From Terriglobia bacterium (GTDB lineage Bacteria > Acidobacteriota > Terriglobia > Bryobacterales > Bryobacteraceae): a stretch of 64,000 nucleotides of DNA. Both the position numbers and the translations under genes were made by a program. The stretch is taken from positions 250,065 through 314,064 of the forward strand of contig CAWJUG010000004.1 of NCBI GenBank assembly GCA_963846025.1, read 5' to 3'. The notes below the pieces were generated by a model that was not told where the DNA came from, ran no database searches, and worked only from the letters and a program-made list of their open reading frames with translations. How positions within the stretch are numbered: the stretch's first letter is position 1; each line of letters begins with the position of its first letter. Of this stretch, positions 45,991 to 56,933 are shown one piece after another.

Positions 45991-47166
45991 GTCCGATAAC
46001 TGCCATTGATCTGAATGTATCCTTCGGTGAAATCGCACGTGAAAAAGCGGCTCTCTCCTTTGCCATTCGCTCGCGACGAAATCCCGATGCGCACGTCGGC
46101 GGCATCCAGCTTCTGCTTCAAATCGGCTTCGTTGAAATCGGCTGCTAAGCCGCTGCGGCACACGGGAACACCCTGCAGATCGATATCGATATCGGACGGG
46201 TTAAAGGGCACGCCGGAGTACCCTGCGGCGGCAAGGATGCGTCCCCAATTAGGATCGTTCCCGGCAATGGCGGTCTTGACAAGCGGTGAGTTCGCAACAG
46301 ATCGAGCGACTCGGCGCGCCTGGTCATTTGTTCTGAAGCCATTCGTGCGGATAACGATGAGCTTTCGCGCCCCTTCCCCGTCAGCCGCAATCTGCTCTGC
46401 CAGAGATTCCATGACGCGAGTGATGGCTTGCGCCAGCGCCAGGCGCTCTTTAGACGCCTGGCTTCACACCGGACGCTCCATTGGCTAGCAGCAGCACCAT
46501 ATCATTGGTGGACATATCGCCATCGACGGACAAGGAGTTATAGCTCCGCTCTGTTGCCGCAAGCAGGATCTTGTGAAGGTCATCCGCACCAACCGCTCCG
46601 TCGGTCATCACAAAGCCGAGCGTCGTCGCCATGTTCGGGTGAATCATGCCGGAGCCTTTTGTCATACCGGCGACACGTACTATTCCGCCTTTCAACTTCA
46701 ATTCTTCGAAAGCAGTTTTCGCGCGTGTGTCGGTGGTCATGATGGCCTCTGCTACCGACTGGAACGCATCGGCAGAAAGCCTTGCGATGAGCCCTGGAAG
46801 AGCATCCGTAATAAGCCTGGGATCTAACTCCACGCCGATTACGCCTGTAGAAGACGGAATGACATAGTTGGTTTTCGAACGGAGTTCCCGAGCGAGCGCT
46901 TTACAAGTAACAGTCGCAACGCGGTCCCCATTAGGCGTCGCGCAGTTCGCGTTACCTGCATTCACTATCGCCGCGGCTACTTTGCCGTTGGACCCACGTA
47001 AGTGTTTGCGCGCCAGCCGCACCGGCGATGCTTGCACTGCATTTTGCGTGAATACGGCGGCCGCCTGAGCAGGCTTATCCGGCACAATCAGAGCCAGATC
47101 ATCTTTTGCCTGCTTTCGAATGCCGGCGTATATCGATGCGTAGCGATAGCCCAACGGAAGGTTCAC
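45987..47166 (-). pseudogene. argJ: bifunctional ornithine acetyltransferase/N-acetylglutamate synthase ArgJ, 1-nt frame disruption near 46449
   Basis: Autoprocessing site GMIHPNMATTLGFVMTD. N-terminal frame ends ...ANGASGVKPGV*. The +1 frame continues KERLALAQAITRVMESLAEQIAADGEGARKLIVI... GTG start. Confidence 0.85.
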
Positions 47167-47169
47167 AAT

Positions 47170-48105
47170 TCAAGCCCCCAACAGTTCACCTGGTTCCAGT
47201 TTGTAGCCGTTCACGAACGCGTCAGCCGGCATTTTCTTTTTATCCGCCGGCTGTACTTCCAAAAGCTCGAAGACCGTTCCTTCTCCACATCCCGCAAATA
47301 GGCGTCGATTTCGGACCTGAAGAGTGGCCACGGGAAGATTTTCCTGCTGCGCTGGCTTCCCCCGGGCAATCAGCAACGGCCGTCCTCGAAAGGTAGTGTA
47401 TGCGCCGGGCCAGGGGTTAAATCCTCGCAGTCGATTGTAAATTTCCTGTGCCGTTCGCGACCATTCGACGCGGCCATCCTCTTTCTTCAAAATCGGAGCA
47501 TAAGTCGCTGCCCCGCTATTCTGCTTTTCCGGGACCACAGTTCCCGATTCAATCCTCGCGATCGCTTCAATCAGTAACTTAGCCCCAAGCGGCGCCAGCC
47601 GAGAACTCAGTTCAGGAGCCGTTTCATCTGCTGCAATAGGTACTGCGGATTTCAGCAACATATCACCGGTATCGAGGCCAGCGTCTATTTGCATGATAGT
47701 GACGCCGGTCTCTGACTCGCCATTGGCAATCGCCCATTGAATCGGAGCCGCGCCCCGGTACTTTGGCAGCAGAGAGCCGTGGACGTTCAGAATGCCGAAT
47801 CGCGGAATCTCGATGATGCTCTGCGGGATGATCTGTCCATAACCGACCACGACCATCAGCTCGGGATTAATCCCACGCAACTGCTCGACGGATTCCGGAC
47901 GGCGAATTCGTTCCGGCTGATGCACCTCAAACCCAAGGTTCTTCGCTGCCAGTTTGACGGGCGATTCCGTAAGCTGATTGCCGCGCCCTTTTGGCCGGTC
48001 AGGCTGAGTAAAAACTGCAACTACCTCATGACCGGCCTGCGACACAGCCTCCAGCGAAGGGACAGCAAATTCGGGCGTGCCAAGAAAGACAGTTCTCATG
48101 CGCAA
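47170..48105 (-). CDS. fmt: methionyl-tRNA formyltransferase
   Basis: VFLGTPEFAVPSL, ILNVHGSLLPKYRGAAPIQWAI (HxSLLPxxRG motif). Located downstream of def. Confidence 0.9.
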   Translation of the reverse strand: MRMRTVFLGTPEFAVPSLEAVSQAGHEVVAVFTQPDRPKGRGNQLTESPVKLAAKNLGFEVHQPERIRRPESVEQLRGINPELMVVVGYGQIIPQSIIEIPRFGILNVHGSLLPKYRGAAPIQWAIANGESETGVTIMQIDAGLDTGDMLLKSAVPIAADETAPELSSRLAPLGAKLLIEAIARIESGTVVPEKQNSGAATYAPILKKEDGRVEWSRTAQEIYNRLRGFNPWPGAYTTFRGRPLLIARGKPAQQENLPVATLQVRNRRLFAGCGEGTVFELLEVQPADKKKMPADAFVNGYKLEPGELLGA

Positions 48106-48121
48106 AAGGCCCGAGAAGCTG

Positions 48122-48637
48122 CTAATCCCACTCGCCGGCTTTTTGCATTTTCTTGATTTTGCGGCGTATGATATCGCGCTTGAGCGCGCTGAGGTGATTT
48201 ATAAAGAGGACGCCGTTCAGGTGATCGATCTCATGCTGGAAGGCGCGCGCCAGCAGTTCTTCGCCGTCCAGTTTGATCGTCTCTCCTTTCTCGTTTTGTG
48301 CCCGCACGGCCACTTTGTGTGCACGCGACACCGGTTCCCGGAATCCAGGGATGCTGAGGCATCCTTCTTCGCCGCTCTGCTTGCCCTCGCTGAACACTAT
48401 TTCGGGATTGATGATTACAATCTTTTGATTTTCGTCCTCACCAACGCTGATATCAATTACCGAAATCCGCTTGCTTGTCCCAATCTGTGGAGCCGCCAGG
48501 CCGACGCCTTTCGCGGCGTACATGGTTTCCCACATATCGGAGATCAATTCCCGCAACTCGTGTGTATCAAACTCGGTAACCAGCCCGGCTTTCGTTTCAA
48601 GCACGGGCTCACCATATTTAAGAATCTTTCGAACCAT
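48122..48637 (-). CDS. def: peptide deformylase
   Basis: The three PDF motifs: GVGLAAPQIG, EGCLSIPG, QHEIDHLNG. Confidence 0.9.
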   Translation of the reverse strand: MVRKILKYGEPVLETKAGLVTEFDTHELRELISDMWETMYAAKGVGLAAPQIGTSKRISVIDISVGEDENQKIVIINPEIVFSEGKQSGEEGCLSIPGFREPVSRAHKVAVRAQNEKGETIKLDGEELLARAFQHEIDHLNGVLFINHLSALKRDIIRRKIKKMQKAGEWD

Positions 48638-48640
48638 CGA

Positions 48641-49813
48641 TCAATAACTTCTAACTTGCGCGAGATAACCTTCGTAATTGCGTCGCGTCTCGCCGAGCGA
48701 ATCTCCTCCAAATTTTTCTAAAAAGGCGTGTGCGAGTATCAGAGCGCTCATCGCTTCCCCAATTACTCCCGCTGCGGGCACGACGGCTACATCGCTGCGT
48801 TCATAGGACGCCAGCGCCGGATCGCGACTCGGCAGGTCTACCGACTCCAGCGGCCGCCGTAACGTCGAGATCGGCTTCAAAAATCCTCGAATGACGATGT
48901 CTTCACCGTTCGTGATGCCGCCTTCCAAGCCTCCGGCCCGATTCGACCCGCGAAAGAATTTTCGCTCCTGTTTGTCGTAGTGAATCGTATCCTGGACCGT
49001 TGCTCCGTAGGCGCGCGCCGACTGCTCCGCAGAACCGATTTCACAGCCTTTTACGGCCTGAATCGAAACAATGGCTTGTGCCAGCCGTCCGTCAAGCCGG
49101 GTATCCCATGCGATATGAGACCCCAAACCGGGAGGCACGCCGTGCGCCACTATTTCAAAGATGCCGCCCACGGTGTCTCCGGTGCGATAAGCGTGATCGA
49201 CTGCTTCTTTCATGCGAGTCTCAGTCTCAACGTCAACACAACCGAGTAGCACGTCATCACGTTCGCTCAAGGAGATGAGTTCCTCCCATTCTGCAGGTCT
49301 TTGCAGTTCTACCGGCCCTACCGCCACGACATGACTTAGAATCTCGACACCGAACTCCTTCAAAAATGTTTTTGCTAACGCCCCCAGCGCTACTCGCGCG
49401 GCTGTCTCTCTCGCGCTGGCACGCTCTAAAATATGGCGCGCTTCGCTGAAATTGTATTTGAGGACGCCAGCCAGGTCTGCGTGACCGGGCCGCGGGCGCT
49501 CCAACGGTTTTCCCTTGCCCGTTTCGCCGTCTTCGGCAAAAACCGGCAATGTTCCCGTCCAGTTCTTCCAGTCCTTGTTTTCGATCAATACTGCAATCGG
49601 AGAACCAACCGTCACTGAATTCCGAATACCGGACACGATGTGGACTTGGTCCGTTTCGATCTTCATGCGGCCACCACGGCCATACCCCTGCTGACGTCGC
49701 CATAGCTGCCGGTTGATGTATTCCAGACGGACGGGAACTCCCGCAGGGAGGCCTGTAAGAGTCGCCACCAGGCATTCGCCATGCGACTCCCCCGCGGTCT
49801 CAAAACGCAACAT
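48641..49813 (-). CDS. aroC: chorismate synthase
   Basis: MLRFETAGESHGECLV...GRMKIETDQV...RPGHADL...SARETAARVA are typical AroC signatures. Confidence 0.9.
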   Translation of the reverse strand: MLRFETAGESHGECLVATLTGLPAGVPVRLEYINRQLWRRQQGYGRGGRMKIETDQVHIVSGIRNSVTVGSPIAVLIENKDWKNWTGTLPVFAEDGETGKGKPLERPRPGHADLAGVLKYNFSEARHILERASARETAARVALGALAKTFLKEFGVEILSHVVAVGPVELQRPAEWEELISLSERDDVLLGCVDVETETRMKEAVDHAYRTGDTVGGIFEIVAHGVPPGLGSHIAWDTRLDGRLAQAIVSIQAVKGCEIGSAEQSARAYGATVQDTIHYDKQERKFFRGSNRAGGLEGGITNGEDIVIRGFLKPISTLRRPLESVDLPSRDPALASYERSDVAVVPAAGVIGEAMSALILAHAFLEKFGGDSLGETRRNYEGYLAQVRSY

Positions 49814-49870
49814 TAAGTAACTACATGGTAACGAACAGGTTCACGCCGAAAACTGCAATTTGGCAGGCGT

Positions 49871-51395
49871 TTGCGGCCCGGTATGCATGGGATAATCCAA
49901 TTGAGCGGAAGAGATTTGACCGATTTGGGAACGTTGGCCGCAAACCGGGTAAAGATGGTGGTGCGGCAGGCGGTACGGCGTAGATTTGCGGTTGTTGCCA
50001 TTGAACAACTGGCGTTCGCGCTTGCGCCCGTACTCGGCGGCTTAGTAATCCTGTTATTGGCTGGCACTCAAATTCTTCATTGGTATTGGTTGGCTCTGCT
50101 GGCCGTAGCTGGCATAATCATCGCGGCCATTCGCATTCGCGCCCGCAGCCTTTCGCATTACCAAACCGCCCAGCTTCTAGACAAGCGCCTGCGTTTAGAC
50201 GATTCGCTTTCGACTGCCTGGTTCCTGCTCGAAAAAGGTGGTAGTAGACGAAACGGACTTGCAGCTTTGCAATTACGACAGGCGGAAGACGTTGCCGCCG
50301 GCACTGAACCGGCGCTGGCCTTTCCGCTGGTCTGGAATCGGGCCTGGGCACTCACAGGCGCATTGGTGGCAATCGCGTTCGGGCTCTTTGTAGTCCGTTA
50401 TCTGGTTACCAGAAGCCTCAGCCTGGAGCAGTCCCTCATTCCTGTTCAGATTGCGCCGGTTTTCGAACGGCTCGAGAATCACTTATTCGCGGCCAATCGA
50501 TTGCCTGGTGATGCGTCGGCTAGCGGCCGCGCCCAGCAGAATGCCGCCCAAGCTGCCCAGTTGCCGGATCAGAAGACGGTGGACGTTTCCCAGAGCGAGG
50601 GCGAAGAAGCAGGACAGTCAACTGATCCGAACGGGAAAGCTGGATCAAGAAGTCAGGCCGCGACAGACAAAAATGGCAAACAGCAAGACGGTGACAATCA
50701 GAACCGCGATGTAGATTCCGCTAATGCGCAGGCGGGCGGGAAAACCTCCGATCAGCCAGCGGGAAACCAAACGAGCGCCCAAAAAGGCGAGCCTAAACCA
50801 CAAGCGTCCGGCGGACAACAAGGCGGTCAGAGTGCCATGGACAAGATGAAGGACGCCTTGTCCAGCTCTAATGGCCAAAATGCGCCAGAATTCAACCCCG
50901 CAAGCGCAGCAGGACGGACGGCCGTCCGACGAAGATAAAGCCGCGAGTCAGAACTCGGGAAAAGCTCAACCTGGCCAGCAACAGGATGCGCGCAATCAGC
51001 AGTCCAGCCAGGATCAGAGTTCGGAAGGCCAGCCGCAAGGGCAAACCGCTGAGCGCACGCAAGCTTCGCAAGGCCACAGTTCCGACTCCATGCCCGAAAA
51101 AGGCGCCGACGCGCACTCTGGTATCGGCCGTCAAGATGGCGATAAGGACGTCAAAGAAGCTGAACAACTGCAGGCCATGGGTAAGCTGGCCGAGATCATC
51201 GGCAAGCGCTCTGCCAACCTGACTGGCGACATGATGATCGAAACGCCATCCGGCAAGCAGCAGTTGAAAACGGCTTACACGCAGAAACTCGGCCACCATT
51301 CTGATTCAGGCGGAGAGATCAATCGCGATGAGATTCCGCTCGCCGACCAGCAGTACGTGCGCGAATACATGGAACTGGTTCGCAAGCAGGCGTAA
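49871..51395 (+). pseudogene. membrane protein with a long Gln/Gly/Ser/Asp-rich low-complexity region, 1-nt frame disruption near 50868-50871
   Basis: Frame 1 reads TM helices plus a low-complexity region ending ...MDKMKDALSS. Frame +1 continues MAKMRQNSTPQAQQDG... to a conserved-looking end (IPLADQQYVREYMELVRKQA). Start uncertain (49871 TTG or 49955 ATG). Confidence 0.5.
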
Positions 51396-51411
51396 GCCGG
51401 AACGATAAGTT

Positions 51412-52455
51412 TCACTTCTTATCCCGTGTCTCCAGAACCGATTGCGCGTAGTAGTTGATCACTTTCGCCTCGCTACGCGCGACTTCATAAAAGGCGGCAC
51501 GCAGCACCTGCTCTTTACCCTGGAACAGTCCCTGCCGAATCTCTTCCTGCACTCTAGGGTCACTCAGTTCGCGTTGGCCCGCCGGCTCTTTTGCAATCAG
51601 TTTGATGATGCGATAGCCTTCCGGCGTGTGAATCACCGGCGATACCTGTCCTGGAGTCATCCCTAAAATCAACTTGCGTAATTCTGGATTCGCTTGGCCC
51701 AGTGCGGATTCCGGCACAAAGCCGATATCGCCGCCGTTAGCCGCGAATTGGTCTTCAGAGTAGTTCTGCGCCAACGTACCGAAGTCCTCGCCCTGTCGTA
51801 TACGCAGCTCAAGCATATTGATCTTGTTTTGCGCCTGCGCATCGTTCTGTGCCTTGTCGTTCTTGAGATTGCTCACCGTCGCCTCCGGCGCGGGAGTCAC
51901 TAGAATTTGCGCCAGACGAACTTTATTCTCCGGAAGGTTGAAGCTAGCTTTATTCGCGTTATAAAAATCGGCCACTTCTTTGTCAGTGATGGTGATATGG
52001 GAGCCAATCTCCTTATTGAAGAGCTTTTGCACGCTCAACTCGCGCCGGATCTGCGCTTTCAGGTCGGCAACTGACATTTTTCGCTGCTGCAGCAGCTTTT
52101 GAAACTCTTCCTGGGTATAGGGCGCCTTCAGCTCATTGAACTTCGCGTCCACGTCGGCATCAGAGGCAAGCAGTCCTTCTTTTTCTGCACGCTGTAGAAA
52201 GATCTCGTTATCGATCAACGTTCTTAGCGCCTCAAGCCGCACGCCCGTGGTCTGGTCGGAACCCGTCTTCAATGGCGAATTTGGAAACTGCGCGGCCATA
52301 GCGCGATCTAAAGCCGCATACGCGATGGGCCGGCCATTGACGGTAGCGGCAACATCCGGCGAGACCGGTTTGTGACAGCCGGCCAGCAACGCGGCCAGCG
52401 CGCCGGATAAGACGAGCGGAATTCGCAAACCGCCGCTCTTCCTGGAATTACCCAT
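51412..52455 (-). CDS. SurA/PrsA-like lipoprotein with a parvulin PPIase domain
   Basis: Lipobox LLAGC. Chaperone-like N-terminal domain. Parvulin segment RLAQILV...GGDIGFVPESALGQANPELRKLILGMTPGQVSPVIHTPEGYRIIKL. Confidence 0.75.
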   Translation of the reverse strand: MGNSRKSGGLRIPLVLSGALAALLAGCHKPVSPDVAATVNGRPIAYAALDRAMAAQFPNSPLKTGSDQTTGVRLEALRTLIDNEIFLQRAEKEGLLASDADVDAKFNELKAPYTQEEFQKLLQQRKMSVADLKAQIRRELSVQKLFNKEIGSHITITDKEVADFYNANKASFNLPENKVRLAQILVTPAPEATVSNLKNDKAQNDAQAQNKINMLELRIRQGEDFGTLAQNYSEDQFAANGGDIGFVPESALGQANPELRKLILGMTPGQVSPVIHTPEGYRIIKLIAKEPAGQRELSDPRVQEEIRQGLFQGKEQVLRAAFYEVARSEAKVINYYAQSVLETRDKK

Positions 52456-53433
52456 CTAACTAGCTTTGACTTTCTTTATTTCTTCAACCAGCGCAGGCAC
52501 GACGTCAAAAAGGTCGCCCACTATGCCGTAATCGGCGGTCTCGAAAATAGGGGCGTTCTCGTCCTTGTTGATCGCTACTACTGTCTTTGATCCCTTCATT
52601 CCCACCAGATGCTGAATGGCGCCAGAGATCCCAACCGCGAAGTACACTTTTGGAGCCACAGTCTGCCCAGAACTTCCCACCTGGCGCTCCATCGGTAGCC
52701 AACCGTTATCGCATATCGGGCGTGAGGCAGCTAATTCAGCCCCTAGCGCTTCAGCGAGAGCTTCGACGATCGGCAAGTTATCTTTTTCCTTGATCCCGCG
52801 GCCCACCGATACAATCATGTCCGCAGCACTCAGGTCAACCGAGCGTTGCGCCTCCCGGAACGGTGGCTCCGGCTTGCTACGAATCTGTGATGCGTCCAGA
52901 TTAACGCTAAACTGCTCAACAGGGGCCTCGGATGCCTGCGGCTCCTGCGCGCGAAATGCGCCGGCCTGAACGGAAGCGAACTGCGGATAACCGCTTACGC
53001 CGATATCGGCGTTCAGCTTGCCTTGAAACAACTGGCGGACAAACTCAACGGACGTCCCATCCACTTTAAGATCTATGACATCACTGACGAGTGGCCGCCC
53101 AAAACGCGTCGCCAGCTTCGGAGCAAAGTCGCGCACTTGATACGTGTGCGGGAAAAGAACATATTTTGGCTGCTTCGATCGAATGAGTTGCTCCAGCGCA
53201 GCCGTATAGCCATCGGGTGTGTAGTCGGCGAGTAATGGATGGTTGATTGAGTAGGCCTTGGCTACACCGAATTGGGCGGCTTCAGAAGCTAACGCATCGA
53301 TTTCTGCGCCAGTAACAACGGTTTCCAACGGTACGCCGGCTGCTTCAGCGATCTTCTTGCCTGCCGAAAGCACTTCGAACGAGATGCGGTTCCACTTGCC
53401 GCCACGTTGCTCCAGAACCACAAGAACGCTCAT
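52456..53433 (-). CDS. etfA: electron transfer flavoprotein alpha subunit
   Basis: C-terminal FAD-binding segment QVGSSGQTVAPKVYFAVGISGAIQHLVGMKGSKTVVAINKDENAPIF. Confidence 0.9.
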   Translation of the reverse strand: MSVLVVLEQRGGKWNRISFEVLSAGKKIAEAAGVPLETVVTGAEIDALASEAAQFGVAKAYSINHPLLADYTPDGYTAALEQLIRSKQPKYVLFPHTYQVRDFAPKLATRFGRPLVSDVIDLKVDGTSVEFVRQLFQGKLNADIGVSGYPQFASVQAGAFRAQEPQASEAPVEQFSVNLDASQIRSKPEPPFREAQRSVDLSAADMIVSVGRGIKEKDNLPIVEALAEALGAELAASRPICDNGWLPMERQVGSSGQTVAPKVYFAVGISGAIQHLVGMKGSKTVVAINKDENAPIFETADYGIVGDLFDVVPALVEEIKKVKAS

Positions 53434-54200
53434 ATCACTCTCGCTTCGAATTTCAGCTTTTCAACGAGCTGTTTGGCCACCTGCTTGGCATCTCCAGTCA
53501 AGATCTGCGATTGCTTGCTTCGCTGCGGTAAATAAACGTGGTCCACACTGGCGGGTGAAATTGCATCAACGCCCAACTGCGCAGCAGGAATCGTTTTGAC
53601 TTCTTTTGTTTTCGCTTTCTTGATGCCCATCAAGGTCGCGTAGCGAAGCTTCTTGATGCCGGATTGAATTGTCAGCAGAACAGGAAGCGGCAGCACGATG
53701 TTCTGAAACCATCCGTCCTCGAGTTCGCGCTTCACGAGCACCGCATTCCCCTGCGGTTCCACTTGCATAACGATGGTCGCGTGCGCGAAGCCGAGCAGTT
53801 CCGCCATTACAACCCCAGTTTGCCCGTATCCGAGATCGTCAGATTGCAGGCCGGTGAGAACGTAATCCGGCGCTTCGGGCGCAATCGCCTGGGCTAACAG
53901 GCGAGCCGTCGCGAGAGCGTCGAGCACCACTCTCTGATCCATTTCAACGTGAATGGCGCGGTCGGCGCCTTTCGCCAGCGCTTCACGGATGGTTTGCGCC
54001 GCCCGCTGCGGGCCCAAGCATAAGACGACGACTTCTCCGCCAAGTTTTTCCTTCAACTGCAGCGCCTCTTCGAGTGCGTAGGCGTCCGGCTCGTTCATCT
54101 CGTAGGCAAGGTCGGATTCGTCCAGCCATTTCCCTTGGGCGTCGACTCGCAGCACCGAGTCGCGGGCAGGCACCTGCTTCACAGATACGATGATTTTCAT
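53430..54200 (-). CDS. etfB: electron transfer flavoprotein beta subunit
   Basis: MKIIVSVKQVPARDS...NEPDAYALEEALQLKE... 4-nt overlap with etfA. Confidence 0.9.
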   Translation of the reverse strand: MKIIVSVKQVPARDSVLRVDAQGKWLDESDLAYEMNEPDAYALEEALQLKEKLGGEVVVLCLGPQRAAQTIREALAKGADRAIHVEMDQRVVLDALATARLLAQAIAPEAPDYVLTGLQSDDLGYGQTGVVMAELLGFAHATIVMQVEPQGNAVLVKRELEDGWFQNIVLPLPVLLTIQSGIKKLRYATLMGIKKAKTKEVKTIPAAQLGVDAISPASVDHVYLPQRSKQSQILTGDAKQVAKQLVEKLKFEARVI

Positions 54201-54303
54201 TGATTAACGGCGCCGCTCGCGTGTGGCACGGGCATGCGCATCTCTTCCAGTATGCAGGACGCCTGTTCTTCCCAAAGCGAGTTGTAAATTGCCGATTAAT
54301 TCG

Positions 54304-54376
54304 TGGGCCCTGAAGGATTTGAACCTTCGACCAAAGGATTATGAGTCCTCTGCTCTAACCGCTGAGCTAAGGGCCC
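54304..54376 (-). tRNA. tRNA with anticodon CAT (likely tRNA-Ile2, lysidine-modified; alternatively elongator Met)
   Basis: Manual cloverleaf: acceptor GGGCCCT/AGGGCCC, D-arm GCTC-AGCGGTTA-GAGC, anticodon arm GAGGA-CTCATAA-TCCTT, T-arm GAAGG-TTCAAAT-CCTTC, discriminator A. CCA is not encoded. Confidence 0.85.
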
Positions 54377-54454
54377 GCAACGTCTAAGAAACTGCCTAGA
54401 AACGCCTACTTCGGCGGCTTGGCTGCCAGGCTCTGAAGCGATAGTAACAAAGCT

Positions 54455-55664
54455 TCAGCCGAAAAGCCGCTTCTGCATTTTCTCGAACGCGCCGACGATT
54501 TCGCTCTGTTTCGAGTGGCGGCCATTCGCGATCACCTGCACGCCGCCAACAAAGACGTCACGAATCGCTGCCCGTTGGGCAGAAAAAATAAGTTGCGTAG
54601 CTAAACTACTGCCCTCACATCCCGCAAGCGAAGGATCTTTCAAATCAACTGTAAAATAGTCGCGTTGATCGGGAACAACACCTAGCGCGCGAGATCCGGC
54701 CTCGGTGGCGCCTCGATATAACTCGGCTGCTGGCAAAATCGCGCGGGAGAGCTTCTTCATGCGCAGGTGATATTCCAGACAGCGCGCATCTTCCAATAGA
54801 TCGATCTGCACGTTGCTGTCGGTTCCGAAGCAAATGTACGCACCGGCTTCCAGCAACACGTCCGCAGGGACGGTACCATCGCCCAAATTGCGCTCAGTAG
54901 TCGGACAGGCGCATACCGTACAGTGAGTCGAGCCCAAGTAGCCTACTTCGCGTTGAGTGATATGTATGGCATGAACGGCTGTGAACTCTTCGCCGAGAAT
55001 TCCATGCTCATCGAGTAATTCGACAGGCCGGCGGCCGTGTTCCGCGACGCATGCTTCAATCTCAGCCGGTTGCTCGGCCACGTGCATGTGAACCGGCAAC
55101 CTGTTCAACCGCGCGAATTTCGTGATCGCCAGCAGAGAGTCCAGCGTGAGGGCGCGCACGCTGTGAGGTGCAATTCCAATCGGTGCCTCCGCCTCTCTCA
55201 AAAGCTCGTCCGTGTCCTCCAGGAACGTATCGACATTCCGAAAGGTGAATCTGTTCTGCAATGGATCGCCGGGTTTACGCCAGCCCGCGCGTTCGTAAGC
55301 CGCTTGCAGTACGACAATTCGAATGCCCACGTCCTGTGCCGCCCGAATCACCTGGTTCGCGAGCAGGTTCGGGTCTTCATAATGAGCTGCCATCCGGGGC
55401 ATGGTGTAGATAATGAAACTCGCCGACAGTGGTAATGCCCGCCATCAGCATCTCCATGTACGCCATGCGCGCTACATCATAGATGTCCTCTGGCGACAAC
55501 TGGCTTGCAGCGCGATACATGGCTTCCCGCCAACTCCAGAAGTCGTCGGTACTTGCCGCGCTGCGGTGCTCCGTCCGCCCCCGAATCACACGCTGAAAGG
55601 CGTGTGAGTGCGCATTCACCAAGCCCGGAACTGATGCGTAGTTACCGTTTATGACAGGAAGCAT
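54455..55664 (-). pseudogene. hutF: formimidoylglutamate deiminase (HutF)-like amidohydrolase, 1-nt frame disruption near 55388-55398
   Basis: N-terminal frame reads GLVNAHSHAFQRVIRGRTE...GEFHYLHHAPDG. The +1 frame continues AAHYEDPNLLANQVIRAAQDVGIR...HMHVAEQPAEIEAC... Located at the end of the hut operon. Confidence 0.8.
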
Positions 55665-56933
55665 TAAAGCGGGCTAGCTCCGCCGCCATCATCGCGAGCG
55701 TATGCGACGTCTCCGCCGATGTACACACTCGTCGCAAGTTCCACACCCACAAAATATGGAATCTCGCGGTAATCTTCGCAATCGTAAATGGCGAAATCGG
55801 CGCGCTTGCCTGGTTCCAATGAGCCTATTTGATCGCCTCGGCATAGGCTATATGCCGGGTTGATGGTCGCTGCTGTAATCGCTTCAGCGGGCGTCATGCG
55901 CATATGGGTACAAGCAAGTGACAGCACAAACGGCATGGACGGCGTCGGCGAAGAACCGGGATTGAAATCCGTCGCGAGCGCCACTGCCAAACCAGCTTCG
56001 ATCATCTGCCTCGCCGGCGCGAAGCCGCTCAGCCCCAAGCTGTAGACGGATGCCGGGCAACAATACCGGTTGTACGCCGGCTGCTGCAAGCGCTTCGATT
56101 CCATGATCGTCTATCTGTTCCAAATGATCCGCCGTCACAGTTCGTAACTGCGCCGCAAGCTCTGCACCGCCATTCCTGGAGAGTTGATCGGCGTGGATGC
56201 GCAGGCGAAGCCCCAACTCGCGAGCCTGCGTTAAGATCGCTCGCGATTGCTCTATGCTGAATGCGCCTCTTTCGCAAAACACATCGCAGTATTCTGCGAG
56301 CTCATGATGCGCAACCGCAGGCAACATCTCATTGATGATCAGATCCACATAATCGTCCGGGCGCTCCCGGTACTCATCGGGTATGTCATGCGCCCCGAGA
56401 AATGTCGGAACATATTGGAGCTCCCGTATGACACGAAGCATCTTCAGTTCCGCTTGAGTTGTTAATCCATAACCCGATTTCGCCTCGACGGTTGTGGTGC
56501 CACAACGGGTAAACCAACTTGCATAACGGCGCGAAGTTTCTAATAGGGCGTCTTCGATCGCCTTGCGGGTTTTTGCGACTGTAGAAAGAATGCCCCCGCC
56601 CGCCGCTGCGATCTCCTCGTAGCTCTCGCCCTGGGCGCGCCTTTCATACTCGTCAACGCGAGTGCCTGCAAATACGGCATGCGTGTGCGCGTCAACAAAG
56701 CCCGGCAGCAGCACCCCGCCGGCGGCATCGATCACCGGGATCTGATCGTCAATCTGCTGCTCAATCTCGCTCTGCGGCCCGATCACCTCAATGGTGCCGT
56801 CGCGCACCAGCATCGCTCCGCGCTCGATGATCGAGAGTTCTTGCATCTCGTCTCGCCTGCGCGGCCGATCCGGCCCGGCTAGCGTTACAACCTGTGCGCA
56901 ATTGATGATCGCAAGAAAAGTGGATTCTTCCAT
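55664..56933 (-). pseudogene. hutI: imidazolonepropionase, 1-nt frame disruption at the CCC/GGG run about 56053-56057
   Basis: LPGFVDAHTHAVFAG...EAKSGYGL...RIHADQLS...GVQPVLLP, then frame +1 continues [39 protein letters not shown] 56933 shares one nt with the hutU stop. Confidence 0.85.

Noticed and set aside
54201-54454. The tRNA gene as the boundary of an integrated island, with the hut operon on one side and etfBA on the other.
   Set aside because: There is no integrase or recombinase, no direct repeat of the tRNA 3' end, and no obvious compositional change. Both flanks are ordinary metabolic genes.
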